The notes: generated by a model from the letters alone, not told the origin. A DNA stretch of 20,000 bases from an uncultured virus (IMG/VR IMGVR_UViG_3300030085_003517) (IMGVR_UViG_3300030085_003517), one strand, 5' to 3'; positions 8,152 through 16,530 are shown, counted from the stretch's first letter. Translations and numbers: made by a program.

Positions 8152-8779
8152 CTGCAAGTAATAATCTAGAGTTGATGTTATATGTCATGCAGATTCTTTC
8201 TCCGCCAGCATCATTCTGTTGTGTGCGATGATTCAACCAACCAGGGAAGATAATCACATCACCAGTTTGACATGATACTGGTTTCCAAATTTCTTTTTCT
8301 GCATTATATGGATATCCAGTTTTATGATACTCCAATGGATCACGAAACTCGATAAAACCTTGACCAGGATCGTTTTTAATGTAAGAAGCAACAACTAATT
8401 CAACAGCATTATGCGTGTGCTCTAGTGTCTGTGCTCCCAATCCATGGCGATTAAACCATGATTTACTAACTTCACTTTGCCTACCAAGATAACCAAACTG
8501 ATCCCAAACCCAACCAATTCTATTACCTAACCATGCATGAAAATCTTGCATATATGGTTGTAAGTGCGGTTGCATATCTGCATCATGCATACCCACTCTA
8601 GTTGTTGACCAACCATCGCCACTTTCGACGACAGTCATGTCAGTTTTTGTTGCCCAGTGATCACTTAACTTTGTAAAGTTAGCGTAGATGTCATCAAAGT
8701 AAGGAGAGAAATCGAAGTGAAATTTATAAATGAATGGGTGCCACAGATGTAGACCTTCACCTTCAAAATTCTCAGCCAA
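8126..8779 (-). CDS. Putative 2OG-Fe(II) oxygenase (TIGR02466-like)
   Basis: TTG start overlapping the upstream stop. SWFNRH...LEHTH...IEFRDP...GDVIIFPGWLNHRT...RICMTYN. Confidence 0.88.
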   Translation of the reverse strand: MAENFEGEGLHLWHPFIYKFHFDFSPYFDDIYANFTKLSDHWATKTDMTVVESGDGWSTTRVGMHDADMQPHLQPYMQDFHAWLGNRIGWVWDQFGYLGRQSEVSKSWFNRHGLGAQTLEHTHNAVELVVASYIKNDPGQGFIEFRDPLEYHKTGYPYNAEKEIWKPVSCQTGDVIIFPGWLNHRTQQNDAGGERICMTYNINSRLLLADVQNKFRI

Positions 8780-8993
8780 CTTTACACTCCGTCTTTGCTA
8801 ATTCCAGTGCTTCGATGCCACCTTGCAGTTTAATTAGCAACTCATGTAACTCTTGACGCTTGCTAAAATCAATGCTGGTAATACCATAGGGATTCAATTT
8901 GGTGTCAGCAAACTCACCTTCCAGTTTTGTTTTCTCTTCGTTTGCCATATACTGTTGACCACGAAGATTTTCGATCAACTCATCAATAGTCAT
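8772..8993 (-). CDS. Small helical/coiled-coil hypothetical protein (73 aa)
   Basis: ATGA overlap with the upstream gene; heptad-like Leu/Glu pattern. Confidence 0.75.
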   Translation of the reverse strand: MTIDELIENLRGQQYMANEEKTKLEGEFADTKLNPYGITSIDFSKRQELHELLIKLQGGIEALELAKTECKVG

Positions 8994-9781
8994 AGTCTTG
9001 CTCCTTTGTTTTTGTATTTGTTGAATACTTGCATCACCCTATTTAGACGGGACCTTACAGAATCCTCAGAGATGATATTGCATCGGTTAGCATAATCAAA
9101 CGAGTTTTCTACTTCCCATTCAAGAGGACCAGCAGCGTCTACTATAGTCTCAAAAGTGGTAAGATGCAAGTATTTTCTGCTCATTGGTATGTATTGCACC
9201 AGAGGTGTGCCCGCTTTAATAAAAGTTTCCCCCTCCAACACATGCCAGAATAGTTGACAGTTTACAACATGACCATATCTGGGATCAAGAATACCAGTGG
9301 CAGCAGTAAATCTACTCTCGTTATTATAATTTACAGGAAGTTGTAGCAACACAACATCATCGGATGCCTTAACTCTCCAGGGTGTTTCAACCTTAACAAC
9401 CTCTTTTAGTGCCTTGTTAGTATCATCTAGCAGAGGTTCTGTTTGTGCTTGATCATGCTTACTAATGTATCCTCGTTGTGACCCATCATCATTAAATTTA
9501 AAAAGGTATGGTGTTTCCCATTGAAAAGTTACACCATCACCAGTAGTCTTGACCTTAAAATCTGCTGGTGCTGTAACAACATAACCAGCAGACATAATGT
9601 TAGTGATGCCAGGACAATTTGCAGAGGATAGTATTCCACTAAAGGGACATTTGGACTTTTTCCTTTCTTTCTGCACCCAGTCACGTTTTAAGTTGGCAGC
9701 AGGAATTACAGGATAGATGTCAGCAACTGCTGGTTCTAGCGAGTAAAACCTAATCCAACTTTTTCTATTCAGCAGACCCAT
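8990..9781 (-). CDS. Hypothetical protein, possible dUTPase-like beta fold (DUF6065-like)
   Basis: CPGITNIMSAGYVVTAPADF...VKVETPW...TGILD...FIKAGTPLVQYIP. The I-x-x-G-x-P-x-x-Q ending resembles trimeric dUTPase-fold proteins, but canonical dUTPase catalytic motifs are not evident. Confidence 0.6.
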   Translation of the reverse strand: MGLLNRKSWIRFYSLEPAVADIYPVIPAANLKRDWVQKERKKSKCPFSGILSSANCPGITNIMSAGYVVTAPADFKVKTTGDGVTFQWETPYLFKFNDDGSQRGYISKHDQAQTEPLLDDTNKALKEVVKVETPWRVKASDDVVLLQLPVNYNNESRFTAATGILDPRYGHVVNCQLFWHVLEGETFIKAGTPLVQYIPMSRKYLHLTTFETIVDAAGPLEWEVENSFDYANRCNIISEDSVRSRLNRVMQVFNKYKNKGARL

Positions 9782-11357
9782 AGATTTTGTCTCTCAGGTA
9801 TTCGTAGTGTGTAGGTAATGTCTTGACATATTCTACCATAGTTTTATCATGTTGCAACCAATCCTCACGAATCTTCTCGTAATAATCATCAGTCATGTTG
9901 ATTTGTTGATTCAAAACTTCAGACAGTTTGTCGTAAGAATGTGGTCTAATTCCATGACCAGCAATAATATATGAGATGCCATTATGATTAGGATACCATT
10001 TATTATTGGCAATCATATCAGCAGAAAGATCTTCCCACGTTGAAAGTTTTTGCTTGTTTGGACCAAGTGACTGTGGCATATAGTTATTCACTTGAGTACA
10101 CCATCTCCAGTATGGTGTGTCTGTCCTCATAGAATATGCATAATGCATTGCAACAAAGTCAGAGAATTCTTCAATTTGATGATCACAAACATAGTTAAAA
10201 CCATCACGCTCTGTTTGTGTTACATAACCATCTCTTTGATTGAGAAGGTAAACTAGATTAGAAATATTCTCATGAGTTGTCAACAATCCAGTAGATTCTA
10301 GAGGTTCGACGAAACCATAAGAGAGACCAATACCAACACAGTTATTTGCCCATGCACGAACATGTTTACCATGTTTGATATCAATGTGGAAGATGTCTGC
10401 ATCTTTACCACGCTCACCCAGATGCTCTCTAAATTCTGCCTCTGCTTCATCCTTTGAGCAGAATCTAGATGAATAGCAATAACCTGTGCCAATACGATTC
10501 CACAAAGGAATATTCCAAACCCAACCATTCTTCATAGCATGACAGTCAGTCACGTTATGCATTTCTTCCTCACGATTCTCAAAAGGAATTCGTGTTGCCA
10601 TTGCTTTGTCATTGGCAAGTTTTTTGGAGAATGGAGAGAAGGTTTCACCCATATAATCTCCAAGCAGCAAAGATCTAAATCCTGTGCAATCGATATAGAG
10701 GTCAGCAAAGATTGCTGTCTCATGATCTAGAATAATATATTTAAAATTATGATTACTTGTAGATTCTTTCTGATGACCAGTTACCTTACCTTGAATGTGT
10801 CTGACACCATTAGGTAGTGCAATTTTCTCCTTAAGATACTGACCAAACAATTCTGCATCCAAATGATATGCAGTATCCCAAACAGGGTTGAAGTTTGGAA
10901 TCTTACCATCTTCATTTTTGGTGAAACGATTATGATCTGCAAGATATGTGTTGTTACATACAAAACGTGCAAATGTTTCGGGTGGAAAGTCTTCGGGATA
11001 CTTATTTGCAAGTTTACCCCAAGTGGCAATACCATCACTCGCACTGAAGAAACTGCCGTCTAAACCAGGGGCAAAAGGATATTCAAACCTCTCACCTTTA
11101 CCTTCTCTGAAGTTAGTAAAACGAATAGAGTTTTTATACGTTGCATTACATGCAGGCATCCAATCTTCATCCTTTAGATCTAAAAGTTGAAGAAACTTAT
11201 TGATGTGCCCAAGAGTAGATTCACCAACACCAACTGTTTTGGTGTCAGGATCTTCAATCAGAGCAATTTCTAGTTGTGGACATAATTTACTCAGTGCAGC
11301 AGCAGTCATCCAACCAGATGATCCGCCGCCAACAATGGCAACACTTTCAATTTTCAT
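9765..11357 (-). CDS. prnA: Flavin-dependent halogenase (tryptophan halogenase/PrnA family), 530 aa
   Basis: GGGSSG FAD motif, VGVGEST, NATYK (catalytic Lys position), AYHLDA, IDCTGF, GWVWNIP (WxWxIP), FVEPLESTG. Confidence 0.95.
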   Translation of the reverse strand: MKIESVAIVGGGSSGWMTAAALSKLCPQLEIALIEDPDTKTVGVGESTLGHINKFLQLLDLKDEDWMPACNATYKNSIRFTNFREGKGERFEYPFAPGLDGSFFSASDGIATWGKLANKYPEDFPPETFARFVCNNTYLADHNRFTKNEDGKIPNFNPVWDTAYHLDAELFGQYLKEKIALPNGVRHIQGKVTGHQKESTSNHNFKYIILDHETAIFADLYIDCTGFRSLLLGDYMGETFSPFSKKLANDKAMATRIPFENREEEMHNVTDCHAMKNGWVWNIPLWNRIGTGYCYSSRFCSKDEAEAEFREHLGERGKDADIFHIDIKHGKHVRAWANNCVGIGLSYGFVEPLESTGLLTTHENISNLVYLLNQRDGYVTQTERDGFNYVCDHQIEEFSDFVAMHYAYSMRTDTPYWRWCTQVNNYMPQSLGPNKQKLSTWEDLSADMIANNKWYPNHNGISYIIAGHGIRPHSYDKLSEVLNQQINMTDDYYEKIREDWLQHDKTMVEYVKTLPTHYEYLRDKIYGSAE

Positions 11358-12864
11358 AATAGTCAGATGCGTAAGGGAATGTTTCGATTAGTTCGTTGTA
11401 TTGACTGTAGTCAGATATCTCTATGTATGAATCCAGATCAATCTCCTTTCTTGACTCTAATAGTCTAAGTGTAGCATGATTAAATGGATTCCAACCATGT
11501 CCAGCAGCAATATATGATTCTCCACCATAATTATGCATGGTGAATTTTGCTATTTCAAGTTTATCCAGAGGTGTGGTGGAATTGCGAATATCATATAAGA
11601 AATGATCCCAAAGAGCAGAAAGTGCATCATAATCTTCAGTCATGTATTTCCAATATGGAGTATCATTACGCCTAGAGAATGCATAGTGATAAAATACAAA
11701 GTGTGAGAATGATTTAAATTTCTTCCTTGCTGTGTAGTTGAATGAATTGATATCTATTGCCCTAACTGCACCGTCACCAATAATTTGACAGGCATAAATT
11801 AACCATTCATGCACACTTAGAAGTCCATTTGATTCAAGAGGTTCGATAAAACCACCAGACAAACCGATAGCAAGCACATTTTTATTCCATGGTTTCCTAG
11901 ACAAACCAGTCTTAAATTTAATATTTCTATAGTCACATAGAGTCTCATCTGGATAACCAAGATGTTTCTTAAATTCTTCTAAAGCATCGGCATCACTAAC
12001 AAACTTAGACGAGTAATTATAACCTGTGCCAATACGATTTTGCAAGGGCACATTCCACACCCAACCATTATCCAATGCAGTGCAATTGGTATAGGTTTTC
12101 ATCTGCTCTCGCTTATTTGTATATGGCAGTCTTACTGTCCATGCACGATCATTAGGAAGCATCTCACTAAAATCTTCCCACCCAGTTTGCATGAAATCAT
12201 TGATAAGCAGAGACTTAAATCCTGTGCAATCTACAAACAAATCAGCATAGAATTTTCTACCATTCTTATCTTGAATCCACTCAAGACTACCGTCATCTTT
12301 TTTCTTATGCTTGACGATATGCACATCTGACATGTGATTGATACCACCAGGATAGCACAAGTTATCTCTCAACCATCGTGCAAACTTAATTGCATCCATG
12401 TGAAATCCAGTGTTACGACTATGCTCAAAACGATCAAAGTCTTGCGTTACAATTCTACCTTCTTCAATTGCTTTCATATGTGGAGCAATCCACGCAGCAA
12501 AACCATCAACAGATTCACCAGTTAATGTCTGATGAATAAACCATGTTGGTATATGATATTCTTCAGGATTTGGGTCATCTACAAAAGGATAATGAAAGGG
12601 GCAGTTAGGACGATTAAAGTTGTCAAACCTTACACTATATTTGTATGTGGCATCACAATCATCCATCCACTGGACATCATACAATTCAATGAAATCTAAC
12701 CACCCACGAAAAAATTGGGTGGTAGACTCACCAACACCAATCGTAGGGATCTCATCACTCTCTAGGAGAGTAATATGCTTCTCTGGAAATAACCTAATAA
12801 AAGTGGCGGCTGCCATCCATCCAGCAGTGCCGCCACCAACGATACAAATAGAGTCAACTTTCAT
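11347..12864 (-). CDS. prnA: Flavin-dependent halogenase (tryptophan halogenase/PrnA family), 505 aa
   Basis: GGGTAGW, IGVGEST, DATYK, GFHMDA, VDCTGF, GWVWNVP, FIEPLESNG. Confidence 0.95.
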   Translation of the reverse strand: MKVDSICIVGGGTAGWMAAATFIRLFPEKHITLLESDEIPTIGVGESTTQFFRGWLDFIELYDVQWMDDCDATYKYSVRFDNFNRPNCPFHYPFVDDPNPEEYHIPTWFIHQTLTGESVDGFAAWIAPHMKAIEEGRIVTQDFDRFEHSRNTGFHMDAIKFARWLRDNLCYPGGINHMSDVHIVKHKKKDDGSLEWIQDKNGRKFYADLFVDCTGFKSLLINDFMQTGWEDFSEMLPNDRAWTVRLPYTNKREQMKTYTNCTALDNGWVWNVPLQNRIGTGYNYSSKFVSDADALEEFKKHLGYPDETLCDYRNIKFKTGLSRKPWNKNVLAIGLSGGFIEPLESNGLLSVHEWLIYACQIIGDGAVRAIDINSFNYTARKKFKSFSHFVFYHYAFSRRNDTPYWKYMTEDYDALSALWDHFLYDIRNSTTPLDKLEIAKFTMHNYGGESYIAAGHGWNPFNHATLRLLESRKEIDLDSYIEISDYSQYNELIETFPYASDYYEN

Positions 12865-12880
12865 AACAAGAAGTTAAAAA

Positions 12881-13381
12881 TCAAACGTTATCTTCGAGAG
12901 GTACGTAACCATGCCAACCAGGATATCTCTTCCAGCAAGGAACCTCCATGGTAGAAAGACCAACTGCTTTAGATGCATCAGGTTCTTGATTCTCACGATA
13001 ATCAACCATTTCTGCTTCATTCATAGGTGCATCATTTGCAGTAGCAGATGGAGCAGGAAGAGTTGCTTTCACATTAGCAACGTGATCTTTCCAGCGTGTG
13101 CCACCATCCAGTTGATCTTTATACATCATATCAAGTTGCTCACCAACGTCACCATAGGCAACTTTTCTTGCGATTTCGGGATCTTGATGTGCAGAATCTC
13201 TTTCGACCCAGATCATTTGTCTCTGGGAAGGAGAATACTCCAAAGTCCACCAATCAGTGCAATTGTCGGGTGCATCAACCCATTGCATTGTAGCATCAGG
13301 ACCATTATAAATTTCATAGTCCTGTCCAGGTTCCACGACTTCGTGGATATATCCTTCAACTCCTACTAGTGCTTTTTTCAT
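12881..13381 (-). CDS. Hypothetical protein, possible tail-fibre assembly/chaperone-like
   Basis: RKVAYGDVGEQLDMMYKD...WKDHVANVKATLP resembles the small proteins that follow fibre genes in marine phages. AGGAG RBS upstream. Confidence 0.6.
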   Translation of the reverse strand: MKKALVGVEGYIHEVVEPGQDYEIYNGPDATMQWVDAPDNCTDWWTLEYSPSQRQMIWVERDSAHQDPEIARKVAYGDVGEQLDMMYKDQLDGGTRWKDHVANVKATLPAPSATANDAPMNEAEMVDYRENQEPDASKAVGLSTMEVPCWKRYPGWHGYVPLEDNV

Positions 13382-13408
13382 TTTAGAATGTTGCTCCTAT
13401 CCGTAATC

Positions 13409-13416
13409 TATTTATC
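13409..13416 (-). promoter_or_regulatory. T4-like late promoter motif (GATAAATA)
   Basis: Minus strand reads TGATAAATAgattacggatAGGAGcaacattctaaaATG, in the gap before 13381. Confidence 0.7.
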
Positions 13417-14233
13417 AAAGGTAATGTGTAATGACAACCATACCAGGACGACCATTAGATCCCCGATAGTTGTGATAATGCGCTCCAGTACCGCCAGTGC
13501 CTGGTGGTGAGTGAGACTGGTGATTGTGACCAAAGTTTCCACCTTGGGGCCAACCTCCAGCAACACCGCCACCGAAGAATCCATCAGATCCGTTGTTACC
13601 ACCGCGACCGTGGTGTGAATTACCACCGCCACCGTAGATGTTTAAATTACCACCAGATCCTGTGCCACCAAGACCTCCAGAGTGTTGATTATTTCTGTTT
13701 GCACCATAACCACCAGAAGCAGAAAGGTAACTACCAAAGGAAGAAGATCCACCATTGCCACCACCACCTCTGTAATAGGTGCCATTTGCTTCACCAGAAA
13801 CGGAAACAGAAACAGAAGAAATACTTTGGACATCAATGATTTCTTCAGAGTAACCACCAGATCCACCGCATTCACCGTGACCTGATCCTCCTCCACCACC
13901 GCCAATAACTTGGACGTGGATATATCTTACACCGCCTGGTTTATTCCAAGTGCCACTAGAAGTAAACACCTGCATACTAGTAATGTTACCAGAACTAGGT
14001 GCTGATCCCCAACTAGGAGCACTGCCATTAGTATACAAAACACTGTTGGCATTGCCACTTTGAGAGGGCAAGAATGAATTTGCACCCTCACCAGTGCCAG
14101 TAATAGTGCCGTTAATCTGCAGATTATCTACCGAAAGACGTGTGCCATGAAGACTGATAGTGTTATTTGCATTCAGGGTAAATCCTGTATTGCCACTATA
14201 GTCTCTGATATTTTGGACTTTAATAGAACTCAT
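13415..14233 (-). CDS. Glycine-rich virion/tail-fibre-associated protein, paralog B
   Basis: MSSIKVQNIRD N-terminus; QVFTSSGTWNKPGGVRYIHVQVIGGGGGG glycine-rich domain ending GRPGMVVI; His-rich C-terminal loops. Confidence 0.8.
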   Translation of the reverse strand: MSSIKVQNIRDYSGNTGFTLNANNTISLHGTRLSVDNLQINGTITGTGEGANSFLPSQSGNANSVLYTNGSAPSWGSAPSSGNITSMQVFTSSGTWNKPGGVRYIHVQVIGGGGGGSGHGECGGSGGYSEEIIDVQSISSVSVSVSGEANGTYYRGGGGNGGSSSFGSYLSASGGYGANRNNQHSGGLGGTGSGGNLNIYGGGGNSHHGRGGNNGSDGFFGGGVAGGWPQGGNFGHNHQSHSPPGTGGTGAHYHNYRGSNGRPGMVVITHYL

Positions 14234-14286
14234 GATGTTTACTTGAAGTGAGTGACAACAACCATACCAGGACGACCATTAGATCC
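13434..14286. repeat. 29-bp exact direct repeat shared by the 3' ends of the two paralogs (13434-13462 and 14258-14286)
   Basis: acaaccataccaggacgaccattagatcc occurs at both positions. Confidence 0.85.
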
Positions 14287-15039
14287 ACGGTGATTATGGA
14301 AATATCCACCAGATCCACCAGATCCTGGGGCAGAGTGTGATTGGTGATTGTGAGAGAAATTACCACCTTGAGGGTGACCACCAGCAACAGCACCACCGAA
14401 GAATGAAGCAGCACCAGGACAAGAATATCCGTGGTGAGAGTTTCCACCACCACCGTAGATATTCATGTCTCCACCTGATCCGACTCCTCCGAGTCCACCA
14501 GAGTGCTGATTGTTTCTATTAGCACCATATCCGCCGCCAGCAGAGAGATAAGATCCAAAAGAAGATCCGTTGCCGTTGGATGCTCCTCCTCGGTAATAAG
14601 TACCGTTAACTTCACCAGCGACGGTAACTGAGACAGAAGAAATGCTTTGGACATTGATAATCTTCTCTGAATAACCACCTGCGCCACCAGATTCTCCATG
14701 ACCTGATCCACCACCGCCACCACCAACAACTTGGACTTTAATATACTTTACACCAGATGGTTTATTCCAGGTGCCACTAGAGGTAAACACCTGCATACCA
14801 CTGATATTTTCGGTAGAAGGTGCTCCACCCCAATATGCAGTCGTGCCATCAGTATACAACACCTTGCCAGAGTTACCACTCTGATTAGGTAAGTATGAGT
14901 TGGAGTTACCAGAAATACTACCGTTGATGGTAATATCGTTGACAATTAATGTTTGGTTTGCCGCAACAGATCCCGAGCTAAAAGTAAAACCTACAGCATT
15001 CGATAGATCCTTAATTGCAGCAACTTTTAGAGTACTCAT
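14239..15039 (-). CDS. Glycine-rich virion/tail-fibre-associated protein, paralog A
   Basis: MSTLKVAAIKD N-terminus; QVFTSSGTWNKPSGVKYIKVQVVGGGGGG; co-linear and highly similar to 13415-14233. Confidence 0.8.
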   Translation of the reverse strand: MSTLKVAAIKDLSNAVGFTFSSGSVAANQTLIVNDITINGSISGNSNSYLPNQSGNSGKVLYTDGTTAYWGGAPSTENISGMQVFTSSGTWNKPSGVKYIKVQVVGGGGGGSGHGESGGAGGYSEKIINVQSISSVSVTVAGEVNGTYYRGGASNGNGSSFGSYLSAGGGYGANRNNQHSGGLGGVGSGGDMNIYGGGGNSHHGYSCPGAASFFGGAVAGGHPQGGNFSHNHQSHSAPGSGGSGGYFHNHRGSNGRPGMVVVTHFK

Positions 15040-15060
15040 GAGTTAATCTGCTGACTATTT

Positions 15061-15072
15061 TATTTATTTATC
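15061..15072 (-). promoter_or_regulatory. T4-like late promoter motif (overlapping ATAAATA x2)
   Basis: Minus strand TGATAAATAAATAAAA in the 31-bp gap ahead of the ATG at 15039. Confidence 0.7.
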
Positions 15073-15577
15073 AGTCCCAGAAGTTGTGAGGGGCAGTAGT
15101 CCTACCTTCTCTCTCATGTCCTACAGGTAAAGACGCATCTGGGTATCCTTCAGGTGTGTAATCTTGATAATCATAAGACTTAAATTCAAAATCTTTTTCA
15201 AATCTTACACCTTTATTGTAACACCATACTGTTAGTTTGTAAAGTGCGCGGAATTTGATGCTGAAGTTGTCAATAGTAATATATTCCTCAGTGGAAGATG
15301 AATATCCACCAAAGTCTTTACTATCTATATACGCAAACTTGGTCCTAGCATTGTCTAGCACCTGTTGAAAATCAAATCCCCATTTCACATCACTAAGATT
15401 TGTTGGTTTGTCACCAGCAAATCCAATTTTTAATCGCACATCTGCATGATCAAAGTCATCACCAGTGATAGCAATAGAATTGCTGGACAAATCAATGGAA
15501 GCAATTATCTCATCATCAGGATGAAATGTTGATGGATCACGAGTTTCATTATATGGATGAATACGAGTATCTCTCAT
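15071..15577 (-). CDS. Hypothetical protein (168 aa) in structural module
   Basis: ORF coupled by TAATG overlap to the upstream Gly-rich gene; no recognisable motif. Confidence 0.75.
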   Translation of the reverse strand: MRDTRIHPYNETRDPSTFHPDDEIIASIDLSSNSIAITGDDFDHADVRLKIGFAGDKPTNLSDVKWGFDFQQVLDNARTKFAYIDSKDFGGYSSSTEEYITIDNFSIKFRALYKLTVWCYNKGVRFEKDFEFKSYDYQDYTPEGYPDASLPVGHEREGRTTAPHNFWD

Positions 15578-16527
15578 TATTCTAACCTGTAACGAACAAC
15601 AAGTCTACCACTACCACCATTGGCAACACCTGATCCAGATCTTAAATAGTGACCAGAATTTCCAGGTTGGTTTGCACTTCCAGCATAACCAGTGGTGCCA
15701 TAGTTGCCACCACCTCCACCACCGCCAGCGCCACGTTGGTCGCATCCAGGGTTACCACCACAAGATCCTGCCCAATATCCACCGCCGCCGCCACCGCCTC
15801 CAGAGGCATCATTACCAGGGCGACCACACTGAGATCCACTAAAGCTACCGCTTCTGTTGCCATGACCACCGCCACCAGCACCACAGGATCCACCATAACC
15901 ATTTTGACCACCAGCACCGCCATGACCAGCGCCACCACCTTCGGCACCACCGCCACCTCCGCCGCCGCCAGCGACCATCCAGACACCAGAGTTTCCAGGA
16001 CCAGTAGATCTGCCATTACCATCACCTCTAAAGGCAGTCATACCACCTCCACCTCCGCCACCAGCAGAGCAACCACTACAAGAGGCATGAGTGCCAGCAC
16101 CACCCGATCCAGTCCATGGACCACTACCAGCACCACCAGATCCCCAGCAACCATAGCAACCGCCTCCGCCACCTCCTCCACCACCAATGGAAGTGTAGAA
16201 AGTGTAAGATGTGCCAGGTTCTAAATCCTGAATGATTCTATATGCTGCACCACCAGCACCGCCAGTGTTACCAGACTGACCACCTCTACCACCAGCAGCG
16301 CCCCAACCCCAGACCTCAATATAATTGAAAGATCCCATTTGGTTGATCCGAAACTGATCGGTGGTCACATTAGTATAGACGTGATGTCTATAATTAATAC
16401 CACTGATGTTTTGATCAAAAGTAGATCCACCACTTGCTTCAGTAGCAACAAAAGAAGCACCTCCTCCACCGCCACCAACGACGCTGAAGGGGTTGAGCAT
16501 TGATGTAAGTTTAGTAACAAATGACAT
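15577..16527 (-). CDS. Glycine/cysteine-rich protein, probable fibre tip or adhesin with polyglycine domain
   Basis: IEVWGWGAAGGRGG...GGGGGGGG...WMVAGGGGGGGG...GGSGRLVVRY; eight Cys within the Gly-rich part. Confidence 0.75.
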   Translation of the reverse strand: MSFVTKLTSMLNPFSVVGGGGGGASFVATEASGGSTFDQNISGINYRHHVYTNVTTDQFRINQMGSFNYIEVWGWGAAGGRGGQSGNTGGAGGAAYRIIQDLEPGTSYTFYTSIGGGGGGGGGCYGCWGSGGAGSGPWTGSGGAGTHASCSGCSAGGGGGGGMTAFRGDGNGRSTGPGNSGVWMVAGGGGGGGGAEGGGAGHGGAGGQNGYGGSCGAGGGGHGNRSGSFSGSQCGRPGNDASGGGGGGGGYWAGSCGGNPGCDQRGAGGGGGGGNYGTTGYAGSANQPGNSGHYLRSGSGVANGGSGRLVVRYRLE

Positions 16528-16530
16528 AAA

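Noticed and set aside
2646..8779. Non-heme iron halogenases among the oxygenases
   Set aside because: None shows the HxA/HxG substitution diagnostic of SyrB2/WelO5-type halogenases; all have D, E or H at that position.
9765..12864. Pyrrolnitrin biosynthesis
   Set aside because: No prnB/prnC/prnD-like genes in the window; the prnA label denotes family membership only.
13415..15039. Diversity-generating retroelement TR/VR pair
   Set aside because: Both repeats are full coding paralogs, the differences are not confined to adenines, and there is no reverse transcriptase in the window.
15640..16300. GC-rich (CCA/CCG)n tracts as microsatellite, CRISPR or foreign DNA
   Set aside because: Fully explained by polyglycine codons on the minus strand; no repeat-spacer periodicity.
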